Source of the DNA: Octopus vulgaris
Taxonomy: Eukaryota
DNA length: 64,000 bases
NCBI GenBank assembly: GCA_951406725.2
Contig: OX597814.1
Span: 35,154,001-35,218,000, forward strand
Direction of reading: 5' to 3'
Part shown: in pieces, positions 1 through 12,794 of the stretch
Layout of the letters: each line of letters begins with the position of its first letter
How positions within the stretch are numbered: position 1 is the first letter of the stretch
Notes under the pieces: model-generated
Told to the model about the DNA's origin: nothing
Databases searched by the model: none
What the model saw: the letters and a program-made list of their open reading frames with translations, nothing else
Program-made: the position numbers and the translations under genes

Positions 1-112
1 CGTTCTGAGTTCAAATTCTCCTTTCGTGGTCGATTAAATAAGTACCAATTACGCACTGGGGTCGATGTAATCAACTTAAACTCTTTGTCTGTCTTTGTCT
101 GTCCCCGCTGTG
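1..112 (+). mobile_element. tRNA-derived SINE family A, partial (B-box, central domain, start of tail A)
   Basis: gttctgagttcaaatt B-box followed by ...gtcgattaaataagtacc...gcactggggtcgatgtaatc, matching the intact copy at 29415-29645. Confidence 0.8.
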
Positions 113-311
113 TTCTAAGTTCGATTCACACCGACGTTTTGGACTTACATTATTCCAGGATAGATAAAACATCAGTTTGTAGCCTTATATATCTGGTTGC
201 ATCTTGGGGTAAGGGTCACTTTGTCAATTAGAAATACACGGTCTAGTTTTATTTCACTATGTTTGGCAGGAGCTTTAGAGTGTCAGAATTTCATGTATTT
301 CATTTTGTTCT

Positions 312-470
312 TTACGTTCTGAGTTCAAATCCAAGCAAAGTCAACTTTGATTTTCATCCTTTCGCTGTTGATAAAATATGTACCAGTTCAGTACTGGGGT
401 TGATGTGATCAACTTAACTTCTAACCTAACAGTAGTCGACCTCGTACCAAGATTTTCGAAAGAATTATTA
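312..470 (+). mobile_element. Degenerate SINE family A copy
   Basis: ttacgttctgagttcaaat...tttcatcctttcgctgttgataaaatatgtaccagttcagtactgggg aligns by eye with the family A core. Confidence 0.7.
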
Positions 471-636
471 AAGGAAGGGTGTAGTCAGAATCATTAGCGT
501 GTCGTAGAAAATGTTTAGCGGCATTTCTTCCGGCTCTTTAGTTGTGATACAGTTCTATATTTAAGAGATGAGAAATTATGTAAGTTATTTACATTATTTA
601 TATTTGACAGATATTTGTCCTCATCTTGTTTGTTGT

Positions 637-686
637 CAACACAACATTTTGGCTGATGTACCCTCCAGCCTTCATCACGTATCTTG
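637..686 (-). ncRNA. Decayed minimal type I hammerhead ribozyme motif
   Basis: Minus strand reads caagatac-gUGAUGA-a-ggctg-gagggtacat-cagcc-AAAA-tg-UU-gtgttg; helix II is intact, with core changes C3>G and cGAAAcg>cAAAAtg. Confidence 0.55.
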
Positions 687-773
687 CGGAAATTTCGAAC
701 CTGGGTTCTCATTCCTAAGGCATTTTCGATGTTGTTATTATTATTATTGCCGTTGTTGTTGTTGTTATACAGG

Positions 774-812
<39 letters not shown>

Positions 813-825
813 TAATAAATAAATA

Positions 826-1713
826 ATCTAACTCATTCACTTTCATTTGTGTGTGTTGTACGTACCTAGTTTATTGATTCCTAACTATTTGTATGTCTGG
901 CTTTGGTCTGATTCTCTTATTTCATTTATTTTATCTTGTGTGATGTTGCTAATCTTAACTAGTTTTGCTCTTTTCAAGGTTGCTTTGGCACATTTTTCTA
1001 AGCTAAATTTCATGTTTATTTTGAACTTTCTGTAGTAATGTTTCCAGATGTTTATCATGTGTAGCGTATAGTTTTAGGTCATCCATATATGAGAGATGGC
1101 TGATTGTTTTGCGGTAACAGTGGTATCCACATCAAGTTCTGTTTAGCATGTCAGATAGAGGTGTCAGTGCCAATAAGAAAAGGAATGGAGAGAGCGTGTC
1201 TCTCTGGAATATTCCTCTTCTAATGGGGATGACTTAGGTTTTTATGAGTCCCTCTGTTGTCAGGAGCTGTAGCACTATCTGCCATTTATTCATGGAATGT
1301 GTTATATATTTTATGATTATTGGTCCTGCCTTGTCCATTGCTAGTGTTTCTAGGATCCATATGTGGGGAATACTATCAAAAGCCTTTCGGTAATTAAACC
1401 AAACCATACTTAGACCGTTCTTTCTGCAGCTGCCTTCAGTTATGGTTTTATTGATCATTAGCTGATCTTTACAGCCGTATGAGCCCTTGTAGCATCCCTT
1501 CTGCTCTTCTGGAAACATATTGTATTCTTCCAGCAGCTTGCTCATTCTCTGCGATATTATTGCAGATTGGCTTTGTAATTTGTAGGGAGACAAGTTACTG
1601 GTTTATAATTTTGTGCGTTTGCCGTGTCATTGGATTTGGGAATTAGGATAGTTTACCCTTCCGTGAGCCATCCAGGCATTGTCTCTGACTGCTAGTATGT
1701 CATTAAATTTCTC
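826..1713 (-). mobile_element. R4/Dong-clade non-LTR retrotransposon RT fragment, flanked by (TAA)n on both sides
   Basis: ORF 1234-1593 has EEQKGC..GSYGCKDQLMI, VWFNYRKAFDSIPH.WI; other frames give RGIFQRDTLSP, ISHLSYMDDLKLYA, MKFSLEKCAK, YK*LGI; (TAA)n at 780-820 and (ATT)n at 1714-1737. Confidence 0.8.
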
Positions 1714-1839
1714 ATTATTATTATTATTATTATTATTTCTTTCGTATTATTTTTAAAGTATTGGGCTCTGTTCCGCTTTACAAATATGAGTAGTAAAGAG
1801 AAATAATATTCTAGAAATTTACATATATGAAAATACTTT

Positions 1840-2332
1840 GAAAAGTTTTGTGGGTGGGGCAGTCGATTAGATCGACTCCAGTACGTAACTGGTACTTAAT
1901 TTATCGACCGCGAAAGGGATGAAAGGCAAAGTCGACCTCGGCGGAATTTGAACTAAGAACGTAAAGACAGACGAAGTACCGCTAAGCATTTCACCCGGCG
2001 TGCTAACGTTTCTTATTTCTTTATTGCCCACAGAGGGGACAAACAAGGACAGGCAAACGGATTGAGTAGATTACATCGACTCCGAAAGGATGAAAGGCAA
2101 AGTCGACCTCGGCGGAATTTGAACTCAGAACGTGGCGACAGACGAAATACCTATTTCTATTTCTTTACTACTCACAAGGGGCTAAACACAGAGGGGAAAA
2201 ACAAGGACAGACAAACGGATTAAGTCGATTATATCGACTCCAGTGCGGAACTGCTACTTATTTAATCGACCCCGAAAGGATTAAAGACAAAGTCGACTTT
2301 GGCGGAATTTGAACTCAGAATGAAACGGCAGA
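1840..2332 (-). mobile_element. Tandem multimer (about 3 units) of SINE family A
   Basis: Three repeats of gaaaggatgaaaggcaaagtcgacctcggcggaatttgaactcagaa separated by tail-A segments. Confidence 0.85.
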
Positions 2333-2723
2333 GAATTTTGTTAATAATATTGATTCATTTAGTGTCTCCTTCTATGTCATGGCTGAGTGATATACAATAG
2401 GACAGGCATTCAATTATACATATTCTGATTCCAATGATAGGAAAGGATATGCAAAATACATCGCAAAATATTTCAGTATCACACACACACATACACACAA
2501 ATAAATAGGTAGATGGAAACATAGTTATGGAGAGATACATATGTATATATAGGGAGAGAGGAAAGAGAGAATGATTTATACAGTTCAATTATTTTATTGT
2601 TTCACGAATGCAAAATAAAATATTGTAAATATTGTTTACCACGCAAATTCCATCAAATTTTAGAATGGCATTATTGGATCATTCTAAAAACAATATTGAA
2701 TTTATTCAGGGGTCGAGCAAAAA

Positions 2724-2767
<44 letters not shown>

Positions 2768-4467
2768 TTGTACTCTTGTGTTCAAGAAATTAAAACCGTC
2801 ATCTCTATGTGTGCAGAACTATTTTGTTTTATTTATTCATAAACCATCTTCTAGACCCACCTATTACCTATAAATGTTATGTCCAAATTCTCTTATCTCT
2901 TTGCTGAATTGTAGTAAAATTCATTTATTACCGAATGCAATATAATGTCTAGAATGACGAACAAAATTTGAAAACTTAATATACATTACATTTTTATTAA
3001 TTTAAACTTTGCGCAACTTTGCTTACTCCCGTTTTCATGATTGATATAAATCACATTACACCCACATAGTTTACAGTTGAAAGGTGAACAATAGGGAGAG
3101 CAGCCAAATCATAAAAATTGATAAATAAAGGAACCATTGATTGGTCGTTTGACCTAGTGGAAATAGAACTAAATCTCCTCTAAATCAGTTATTAAGCTCT
3201 TAAAATGAGTGGATAAAATACACTTGAATACATTGTGACTGAAAAGAGGAGATGGTCAAGATTAGAACATTTTCTATCATAGCTCTGCAATCATGTCAAA
3301 ATAAAACCAACCAACCGTAAGCACAACAGCAACAACTATTGCTCTGATAAAACCCAAGACATACAAGCATGAGAACATAGGTATAAACTCGCTTTACTCT
3401 ACTAAAATTGTTTTTGTGAAACCAAAAACATAAGCATTTTAATAAAAAAATTTTTTTTAAATAGGAGAATTGTTAGATAAAATAAAGTCGACTACAGTAT
3501 AACTTATCTAGATACTAGTGTTTATTTAATTAATAGTTCAAAAGTAGAATAAATTAGTTGGTGCCGTAAGAAAGAAGATTTTAACGTTTCGGGTAGGACC
3601 ATTCAGAAATTTCTATGCAAAAGGTTAGAATTTTCCTCTTCCTGACGGCAAACTAATTTATTCAACTTCTGAACTGTTTATTCTCACTAATTCCCGACGC
3701 ACACCGTCAGTAGTTACTTCGGATCCTACTGTTTACTTTACTTAATTAACCTTAGGGTCAGTAAATAATTAAATAAATATTCTGAATTGTGTCTAATTTC
3801 AGATCTATTAATCTGAGTCTCACATCTACTTAATTATAAATACTTCGCCTGATACTGATAACCATTCTCTTAAGGTACACACATGCGTATTACTTTATTA
3901 TTCCATTAGAACAGTTCTGTTAACGTATAACTTTATATATGTATAAAAGAAACACACACACACACACTAAACTGCTGACACACCCCGCACTTACATACAT
4001 CAATATGTATGCAAATATTTAAGCGAATACATACACTTATATATACGTACGTACATATGTATGCACGCACATACGTACACTTATCTATACATAAATATAA
4101 ATAAAATATACAAAAATAGACGTACACACTTGCGCACACAAATATCGATACACACACTACTCGCATACTGGCGCACGCACGCTCACACACACACACACAC
4201 ACACACACAGACAGATGTATATACATAACTGTTAGTTTAGAAAAAACTGGCGAATTGAAGCAAATAGCGTAACCGTCAAACACACACTTCGCAAATATAA
4301 CCTGTAAGCAGGAGAGTAAAATATACAAGACTTTTCTCAAGTTCAATATTTATATAACTCATCACTGTTCTTTTCTATGAAAATTCCAGAGGTGGAGATC
4401 TATTTGTCTAATAGAATTCAACTTATTCTTTAGGTAAAAAATTTTCAAAAATTAGAACAAAAAGATA

Positions 4468-5756
4468 CAGGGTGGGGAAGCAAAATTTACAATGAACGTC
4501 TAGTTATTTTTTCTCAGCAGGCACTAGGTCAATTGTTTTGAAACCTAGCATATACTGATGTCATAATCATACCTAACGCTGTTATCCTTACCTTTGCAGA
4601 AACTTTTGTCCATATGAGTAATCAGGAAAGCAAATGCCAAAGAGTGTGTGATTTGCTGAATGCACTCGTCACACCAAAGGAGATTTCAAGAATAGTTGGC
4701 GTGTCCATAAAGACTGTTTATAAGGTAAAGAATAGAATGACTATAAGCAAAACCATTACGAAGATGTCTGGACGTGGAGGAATCAACAAAAAACGTACCA
4801 AAGCTTTTATTAAAGCTCTCAAATTCAAAATCCTGAAGGATCCAACTAAATCCATGAGATAAATGGCAATTGAACTTGAGGTAATTAACAAGACCATTAG
4901 AAATGCAGTAAAATATGATTTAAGGTTAAAATCTTACACAAGAACACCAAAGCACTTGTTGACAACAGCTATGAAGGAAAAGAGATTAGAAAGGTGCAAG
5001 AAAATTATTACAGGCTTCAAGAAAAATTCGCCATTGTAACGATCTTTTCTGATGAAAAGATCTTCACTGTCGATGCTGTTCTGAAACACAAAAATGACAG
5101 ATATATCACAAAATCAACAGCTGAGGTTAAGGAGACATTCAAAACAAAACATCCTGCTCAAGTTATGGCTTTTGGTGTTGTGGCTTCCGATGGAAAGAAA
5201 ATGCCTATAAAATTCTACAGAGCTGATGAAAAGCTCAATGTTAATACTTACTGCAAGACTCTGAGATACCAGGTATTGCCATGGCTTAAAGTAAACTACC
5301 CAGATGGTAATTATTTATGGACACAGGATGGTGCTCCAGCCCACACAGCTAGAAAAATACAAGATTTCTTCAAATTCAACTTAACAATTTTTTGGTATCA
5401 TGTTTATGGCCGCCTTCTAGCCCAGATCTAAACCCTTTGGATGATGCTATTTGGGGCATTTTAGAACATGCTACCAATAGAACATCACACAGCAATGTCG
5501 ACTCTCTTAAAGATACTATTAAAGAAGAATGGGAGAAGTTGTCTCCCGAATATTTGAGGAAAACTTACGCAAGTTTCAGGAAGCATGTGAAGGCAGTTAT
5601 TGAGAAAGAAGGAGGACACATAGAGTAAAAAACATTTTCTATTATGTAAATTTTCTTGTGGCAAATAAATTCTCATAACTTTCAATAAACTAATTGGTCA
5701 TGCACTGTCTTTCAATCCCAGCCTCAAAATATTGTAAATTTTGCTTCCCCACCCTG
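4468..5756 (+). mobile_element. Full-length Tc1/mariner-superfamily DNA transposon, maT (DD37D) family
   Basis: Perfect 26-bp TIRs cagggtggggaagcaaaatttacaat (4468-4493 and 5731-5756) with TA TSDs. Confidence 0.93.
4614..5628 (+). pseudogene. DD37D transposase, disrupted by one stop and two frameshifts
   Basis: N-terminal HTH (EISRIVGVSIKTVYKV), FSDEKIFTVD, WTQDGAPAHT and WPPSSPDLNPLD; 37 residues between the 2nd and 3rd Asp after repairing the frameshift near 5392. Confidence 0.88.
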
Positions 5757-7559
5757 TAATATTTATACGCACGCGTACATAGATGGGCAGATACAACACT
5801 TCAGCTTTGTCCATTTTGTAAGGAGAATTGGGAATCATAACCACGTACCAGTAATTGGTGAGAAAATAATTTACGTAAAACACGCCCAATGAGGTACTAT
5901 AAATAAACGAATAGCGTAATTTGTTGAGTGACTAACAGAAGACCAGTTTTTAAGAAACTGCTAATAAATGGGAACTTAAGTAATCCAAATAGAATCTGAA
6001 ACCGATGCATCTCGACCTGTCGTTAACTGAAGTTGTCTGATAATTCTTCTTCAGGTGGAAAAGTTTCACTGACAGAAAAAAGACTTTAGAAACTAATGGG
6101 TATTCGAAGATAGTATTAAATGCTGATGAATCAGTCACTAGCAAATGGTTTCAGACACTAGTAACACGTTACACTACCTATATTTTTTCTAACGTTATCA
6201 GAGGTGAAATAAATATCGTATAAGTGATATAAAAATTGCAGAGTTCCTAAGGATGATATTCTTTATAAGTATGGTATCAATTTGAAGGTTTCCATAATTC
6301 TTAGCGTAATTACCGAGCAAAATGTCGCAAGTTTGATGTTCATTCGTTAAAAATGCAAAAGTAAAGATGAGAATTTGGTAATATATTTTTTTTTTTTGTT
6401 CTCCGTTGTTGGGAAAATTTTGATTATGCTATATAGAACTGTCAGCTTCTTAATTCTTGACTCGATAAATCCTGAGATCAGTTTGAATTTAATTCTATCC
6501 AAAGAGTATTAACGCACTATTTTCCGTCTGCATCACTTGCAAGAACAGGAAGGGTAATAACTTAGAGCTGTAATATAGTAATCGCTCAGAATTTTGAAAC
6601 AATATCAAGCGATTCTTTCAGAAGTTTCTGATTAAGTTTTCGTGTTTCTAAATAATGATAAAAGTCAACTTTCATGAATGGATTTAAGCTTCTGTTGCTC
6701 CAAACAGAACAGTCTAGGTATATAGATTTAATCAATGGTACTAAATAGGAATGTCTTCTCTCCCCAGCTTTTGTCAGATTTGCAGTTGCCGTCCGCGATG
6801 AATTAGGAGAAAGTAAGGTTTCTATTTAGATTAAGGGTTAAGTTTACAACTAGCAACGATAGTAGTTATGGAAAATCTGTGACAACATTTTTTCTGGATG
6901 TTATATTTTTGTAGTTCACTCTCTCTTTAATATGCAGTTTATTGTACACAACATTTCCCCAGCTGTAAATGCCTTTGGTTTGAATATACACATTAAAAAA
7001 TGGAACTTATATATCAATAAAGTCCAAATGATATTCATTTACATCACTTTGATGTATGCTGTTTGGAATGCTCTAAAAATGAAAAACTGCTCATTCTATC
7101 TACCTATTTATCTGTATATGAACACACACACACACACATATATATATAATAAGGATGTGTGTGGGAATATGTTGTATGTTTGTAAGCATATGTATACGTA
7201 TAGCTTGTGATCTCGGAACATTTGTGCCATAAAACGTTGGTGCTATAAATATTAATTTAATCACAATGTGCATAGAAAAAATAATTGAGTAAACGTACAA
7301 AAGATAAAATAGATTACTTATGTCATAAAACTATACTAATATCACAATAATTATTGTCATAAACTATAGAGTAAGAGTCATAGTCTGATTTGTTAATAGA
7401 TGTAAGTATTTTATGATTTGCAGAGTGTTTCATACCAATGAAGTAATCTCTCCACAAACAAGTTCGGAAATGGAAGAGACACTTTACAGAAGATAGGAGT
7501 CTGTGAACAAGGAAAATCGTTGTGAGAGTCGTTGGACTTCGACAACAGTGAGTTGATGA

Positions 7560-8330
7560 AATCAGAAGCGAACATGACAATATGAAACATTTTATTCGAG
7601 TTAGACATTTGCAAATTTTCTTCCACATTTGGACATGAGTAAGATTACTTTTAGAGGGATTCCTCGTCAATTGACCGATATTATCGGTAAAGAAAATAGG
7701 ATGAGCTGTTCACCAATACTATTAGCATTTTCCTAGTTCCTGAAATATTCTTAACATGAATTATTGCAGGTGATGAAGCACAACTTTACAGGTATGATAC
7801 AGGAAGCAAAAACAGCCAGTTATGTTATTCGTTGTAGAATGCCACCTCCGTTAAACCAGTTATGATAAGGTGAGGCCATATTTTTTCCCTTTCTTTTACA
7901 AGTTATTCATATTGAGTATCCCAATGCATTCAAAGCCCTGACCAGTCAAAGCTATGTGACATCGTTGAACAATTTATGACAGAAAGGAACAATTTATGAC
8001 ATAACAATTTATGACGGAAAGGACGAGGTAAATTATAAGGTTGGGCTATACTTCATTGTGGTAATTCATCAACCCATAGCAATCGTATTTTCACGGAATC
8101 CATTCATGAAAACCACTCTTAAGAGATTTTTTTTCATGGCTAATATATAGCTAGCTTTGAGCACAGTGAGCTTTTCATCACTTTCCTCCGCCCAAAAGAA
8201 TTTTAAAGGGATAGCCGCATCATCAAAGCCTTGTCAAAATGAAAGAAAATCTTGGAAGCATCCTTGCAGATAAAAAATGTCGCATGTCACAGTTCGCATA
8301 ACCTGAAAAGAAATGCGTACATGACAAAAA
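7560..8330 (+). mobile_element. Highly degenerate mariner transposase relic
   Basis: Scattered motifs RGIPRQLT (WVPR-like), IIAGDEA..YD, LH.GN.S.H and FP.PK..LKG; no TIRs found. Confidence 0.45.
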
Positions 8331-8642
8331 GGGGGGCAATGAAGAAACGAATTAATTTACTTTTACAAACGAGAATTTCTACATATGTCTGTTTTCAGTT
8401 TTATCTATTATATCTTATCTACTTTGAGCACTCGAATTATATACAAATATATATGTATATATATTTCTTACTTAGGCCCCCGACCATTAACGGTAGGGAC
8501 ATACATGATGACATACGGCATGATGAGGGCGATTAAAACCTGCCATAGGACATCACAATCAAGGTCTACATAGAACTGATTTCTTCAAAAGTAAAAGAGC
8601 GTGTTATAAAGCGAGAATTAGTGAAAGACAACGAGATGCGAA

Positions 8643-8720
8643 CAGGTACTTTATCTAACAATCTAGAAAGAATAAAATTCAAAGTTAATCCAGGTGGAAT
8701 TTTAAACTCAAAGTACGAAG
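8643..8720 (-). mobile_element. Old SINE family A fragment
   Basis: ggtactttatc...gaaagaataaaattcaaagttaatccaggtggaattttaaactcaaa is a diverged reverse complement of the core. Confidence 0.5.
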
Positions 8721-8900
8721 AGGTAGAGAGAGAAGGAGAGAACTTTTCTATCCCACTCTCCCAACTCACCTTGAATATGTATAGTTTGTATATGCATGCA
8801 TATATAGTCATACAAACATATATGTATACGTACATATATACATATACGTATATGTATATATATATATATATATGTGTGTGTGTATGTATATATATATATA

Positions 8901-11080
8901 CACCCACCCCACAACACCCCAACTACAATGAAATGAAAGAAGACATCGCAGAATTCTGCAGAAAATTAAGACTTACTGAGGAGCTATACGATAAATACGA
9001 GGACGAATCGTTAGCCAGAAATAGGAGTAACTACACCCCCTCGAAAGGTAAGAACAAAACACTTGATGATTTCTGTGACCACATATCAAATTACCCATAT
9101 CAACATATGCACAAACAAAAACACAAACCAAACTTCAGCAAAAAAGAATGGGCTGCGTTGAACAAATTAAAACTAGATAAAACAATAACAATCAAAGAGG
9201 CCGATAAAGTGAGTGCTGTTGTCTTAATGGATACGACATTTTACATAACTTTGGTACTTTCTATGCTGGAAGACACAACATACTATGAAAAGGCACAAAA
9301 CTACAGTCAACAAAAAGTAATGAGGGAACTAAAATCCATATTAAACCCATACAAAGCAGGGCTCACCGACAAAGAATATGATTATATGACCAATTTCACA
9401 AGCAAAACCAGCCAATTCTAAGGTATACCTAAGATCCACAAAAGTGAGAAAATAAGCAACGCATGCAAGATAGCTACAGACAAAATAATTAAAGTCCCTA
9501 ATCCTAATGACCTCAAATTGAGACCCATAATAGCAGGTCCCGCATGCGAAACCCACCGCCTCAGTAACTTTTTAGACACCCTGTTAAAACCACTCCTAAA
9601 ACATGTCAAAAGCTATATAAGGGACGACTTAGATATGCTCAATCACCTACCGAATACTATAAACAAAAACACCATACTGGTATCCTTCGATGTAGTTAAC
9701 CTCTACTCCAATATCCCCCACAACCTAGGACTAGAGGCAATCCAATTCTGGCTAGAAAATCACGCCAACGAACTACCACATCGCATCAAAAAAGAATTCG
9801 TGATAGAAGGGGTTAAATTCATCCTGGAAAATAACTTCTTCGCCTTCAATGACAACTTCTACCGACAAAAATCGGGGACTGCGATGGGTACACGAATGGC
9901 CCCCTCCTTTGCCAACCTAGTCATAGGATATCTAGAGATCAGTCTGTATCGTAAGGTTCTAGAAAGATATGGCAGCCCTTTCTCCATCTACATAGAAAAC
10001 AACTGGAAGAGATATCTAGATGACTGTTTCATCCTTTGGCATAAAAATATAGAAAAACTCATAGAATTCCAGGAAATTTTAAACGGACTGGACGTAAACA
10101 TCCAATTCACGATGGAATATAGCCAGCAACAACTCCCCTTCCTCGATATCCTCATTAAGAAAGCTAATAATATAATAGAAACAGACATATATTATAAGCC
10201 TACAGACTCTAAGCAATATCTTCCATTCAATTCATGCCACCCCAGACACACCAGGATGAATATCCCCTTCAACCTAGCAAAAAGGATATGCACTATAGTC
10301 TCGAACGCAAACACCAGAGACACACGACTACAAGAACTAAAAGATACCCTTATCACCAGGAACTATCCACCTTCACTTATTGACAAGTGCATTCAACGTG
10401 CCCTTCAACTTAACATCAAGGAACTGAGACATCCCAAATCAAAGAAAAACTTACAACCAAAAGCCTTACCATACATCTCCACACACAACCCTCTCAATAA
10501 CGAAGCCTTCGGCACCATCCTCCACAACATACCCCTCCTAAACAAAGACCACAGAATGAACACAATCCTCCAAACACACACGATCATAAAAAGCAAGAGA
10601 CAGCCTAAATCCATGAAAAGTCTCCTAACACAAGCCCGAATTCACTCTTCAACACAGAAACCGACAGTAAAAAATGTGGAAGACCCAATTGCGGGATATG
10701 CGACTATCTAATTGAGGGATCAGAGTTCTCCTTCAAACAGGGACAACGGTTTACAGTGAAAAGCAACTTCACATGTGCTTCGGAGAACCTAATATACTCA
10801 CTAACCTGCTCCGGGTGTCAAGAGCAGTACATAGGCCAAACAAAAAATAGTTTGCGTAAACGAATGGCCCTGCACAGATCCCAGATAAAAATTCCCCAAA
10901 ACAGAAAAATAGCTTTTAGCCAACACATAGATACTTGCGCCAACAAAAAAACACCAAGCTTCAGGATTTCCCCCTCTACCAATTTAGGGACGATACAACC
11001 TCGAGACAACGAATAAGTAAAGGAACTCTCTTTATTGCAAAATACAGGCCACTTCTTAACGGGTCTACGACAAACAATTA
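8901..11080 (+). pseudogene. PLE reverse transcriptase / GIY-YIG endonuclease ORF (one in-frame TAA at 9419, frameshifts near 10670 and 10970)
   Basis: IKEADK, F*GIPKIHK, RPIIAG, SFDVVNLYSNI, GTAMGTRMAPSFANL, KRYLDD, LPFLDI, YYKPTD; linker CGRPNCGIC; NLIYSLTCSGCQEQYIGQT, RMALH, FSQHI. Confidence 0.92.
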
Positions 11081-11235
11081 ATATACCTCAACTTTAGAAT
11101 AAAAAATATTCACACACAAATATTACATTCCAAAGAATCCATTACTAATCACAGCTAAAATCACAGCTATAATCCATAACATACCAACTTCAAGTCATAC
11201 AACACCTCACTACTTTAACCCATTCATATTCTCCC

Positions 11236-11430
11236 TTCTCTGTTTTTTTCTTCTTCTTCCTCTTCTTCTTCATCATCATCATTATCATCATCATCGTCGT
11301 CATAATCATCACCACCATCACCATCATCGTCATCTTCTCCTTCTCCTTCTTCTTCTTCTTCTTCTTCTTCATCATCATCATCAACATCGTCATCTTCTTC
11401 TTCTTCTTCTTCTTCTTCTACTTCTCCACC
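11236..11430. repeat. (CTT)n/(CAT)n trinucleotide tract in the PLE 3' UTR
   Basis: Directly visible. Confidence 0.9.
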
Positions 11431-11776
11431 TTCTACCCCTTAATTTTGTCACTAATGTTTTTTAGTATAACACCTACGCAAATTCTATAAACAAGCCTTT
11501 CAATAGAAATATTCTCCTGAATTGAACTGCGACTGCCAGCCGCCACTGACCATTCAAAATACGACCATCAGGGCACTCCCAGATTCTCCCACCCCCTTTC
11601 CTCATCAGCCTTTTTCCTCTACTACCCTACCAAGAACTCACAACGACCTCCAGCACACAAGTGCAAACAAGGGAGTCAGAGAAAGGCAGAATGCCACTTA
11701 AATCTGAACACTACTATAGAAATATTCCTTTAAAAAAACTTTTCTTCTAACTTTTCTAAATTTAATTATTTAATCG

Positions 11777-11820
11777 TTACAGTTGAAAAGGTCTCAAAAT
11801 GACCGAAACCGGTACTGAAA
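11777..11820 (+). ncRNA. Minimal type I hammerhead ribozyme, U3-A8 variant, palindromic helix III
   Basis: ttacag-UUGAAAA-ggtc-tcaaaat-gacc-GAAA-ccgg-UA-ctgaaa: helix I cag/ctg, helix II ggtc/gacc, ACCGGU palindrome; located in the PLE pseudo-LTR. Confidence 0.8.
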
Positions 11821-11866
11821 TGTTCACTATAAAATTATTTTAGCATTTTCTATTTTTGACTTGTTT

Positions 11867-11912
<46 letters not shown>

Positions 11913-12053
11913 TTGTGTGTGTATGTTTGCATGTGTATAATTCATATATATGTGTGTGTTAATATTGAGGTAATATATATTATATAACTGACACGAGTAT
12001 GAAAAAGATGTAAACATGAAACATCTACTCTCTTATATCACTGCTCTTCTGTG

Positions 12054-12097
<44 letters not shown>

Positions 12098-12462
12098 CCT
12101 GAAGATGCGTTAGCTCTATTCTGGCTTTATAAGCAGCATCTACTGGTTACTTCTATAGTGTGACACCATGCCTCGCGAAATACTGAACTGTATACAAAAA
12201 CTGGAATAAAAGGGGCACCACATTATGCTCATCCCTTTTCTCTTATTATTACTGTGATCTTTGAATTACATTATAGTTCAACCTTGGATACAGGTAACTG
12301 CATGTACAAGTGACGGTGGGATTTGACGCAATTAAAACTACAGCGGAAGATTATGTGGTTTAATCTTTGCGTGTCGACGGCATCCAGTGGTATTTGTGTA
12401 TTCATATATACGTAGAAACATATATGTCAATATTTAGGCATCATATATATATACATGATAGT

Positions 12463-12750
12463 GAAGGCGCATGGCTCAGTAGTTAGAGCGTCGAGCTTAC
12501 GATCGTGAGGTTGTGAGCTCGAATCCCGGACCGGGCTGCATGTTGTGTTCTTGAGCAAGATACTTTATTTCACGTTGCTCCAGTTCACTCATCTGTACAA
12601 ATGAGTTGCGAAGTCACAGCTGCCAAGCTGTATTGGCCTTTGCCTTTCCCTTGAATAACACTGAATAACAACCTTGCCCGGACTTGTGCCTGGGAGGGTA
12701 ACTTTCTTGATGCAATCCCATGGTCAGTGTCGTGACCGAAGTGGGTCTCA
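12463..12750 (+). mobile_element. tRNA-derived SINE with CORE-like central domain (family B)
   Basis: A-box tggctcagtagttag, B-box gctcgaatccc, then gtgttcttgagcaagatact...ctcatctgtacaaatg resembling the MIR/CORE domain. Confidence 0.75.
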
Positions 12751-12794
12751 GATATACGTTATGTTCCATGGTGACAACGTATTTCGTCGTCTGT

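Larger units (their letters stand above)
8901..11871 (+). mobile_element. Penelope-like element, Neptune-type (RT, Cys linker, C-terminal GIY-YIG), 5'-truncated, inserted in (TA)n
   Basis: RT and GIY-YIG reading frames, then a 3' UTR with a hammerhead-bearing pseudo-LTR; TA-rich repeats at both ends (8860-8900 and 11871-11905). Confidence 0.92.

Noticed and set aside
3580-3614. Minus-strand ttt-CUGAAU-gg..cc-cGAAA-cg-UU-aaa
   Set aside because: Core is incomplete; at best an unverifiable relic
8621-8900. N-terminal part of the 266-aa ORF as part of the PLE protein
   Set aside because: It runs through an old SINE and a TA/TG microsatellite; PLE-like sequence starts at about 8901
9419-9421. 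Possible recoded stop (selenocysteine, as in some Naiad PLEs)
   Set aside because: The codon is TAA at a conserved Tyr (FYGIPK), not TGA; no SECIS evident and the endonuclease is C-terminal
12096-12200. CUGAAGA...cgcGAAA hammerhead-like motif
   Set aside because: Helix I cannot form and helix II is doubtful
12463-12535. tRNA genes here and at 50133
   Set aside because: A/B boxes are present but there is no proper cloverleaf or terminator, and both continue into SINE bodies
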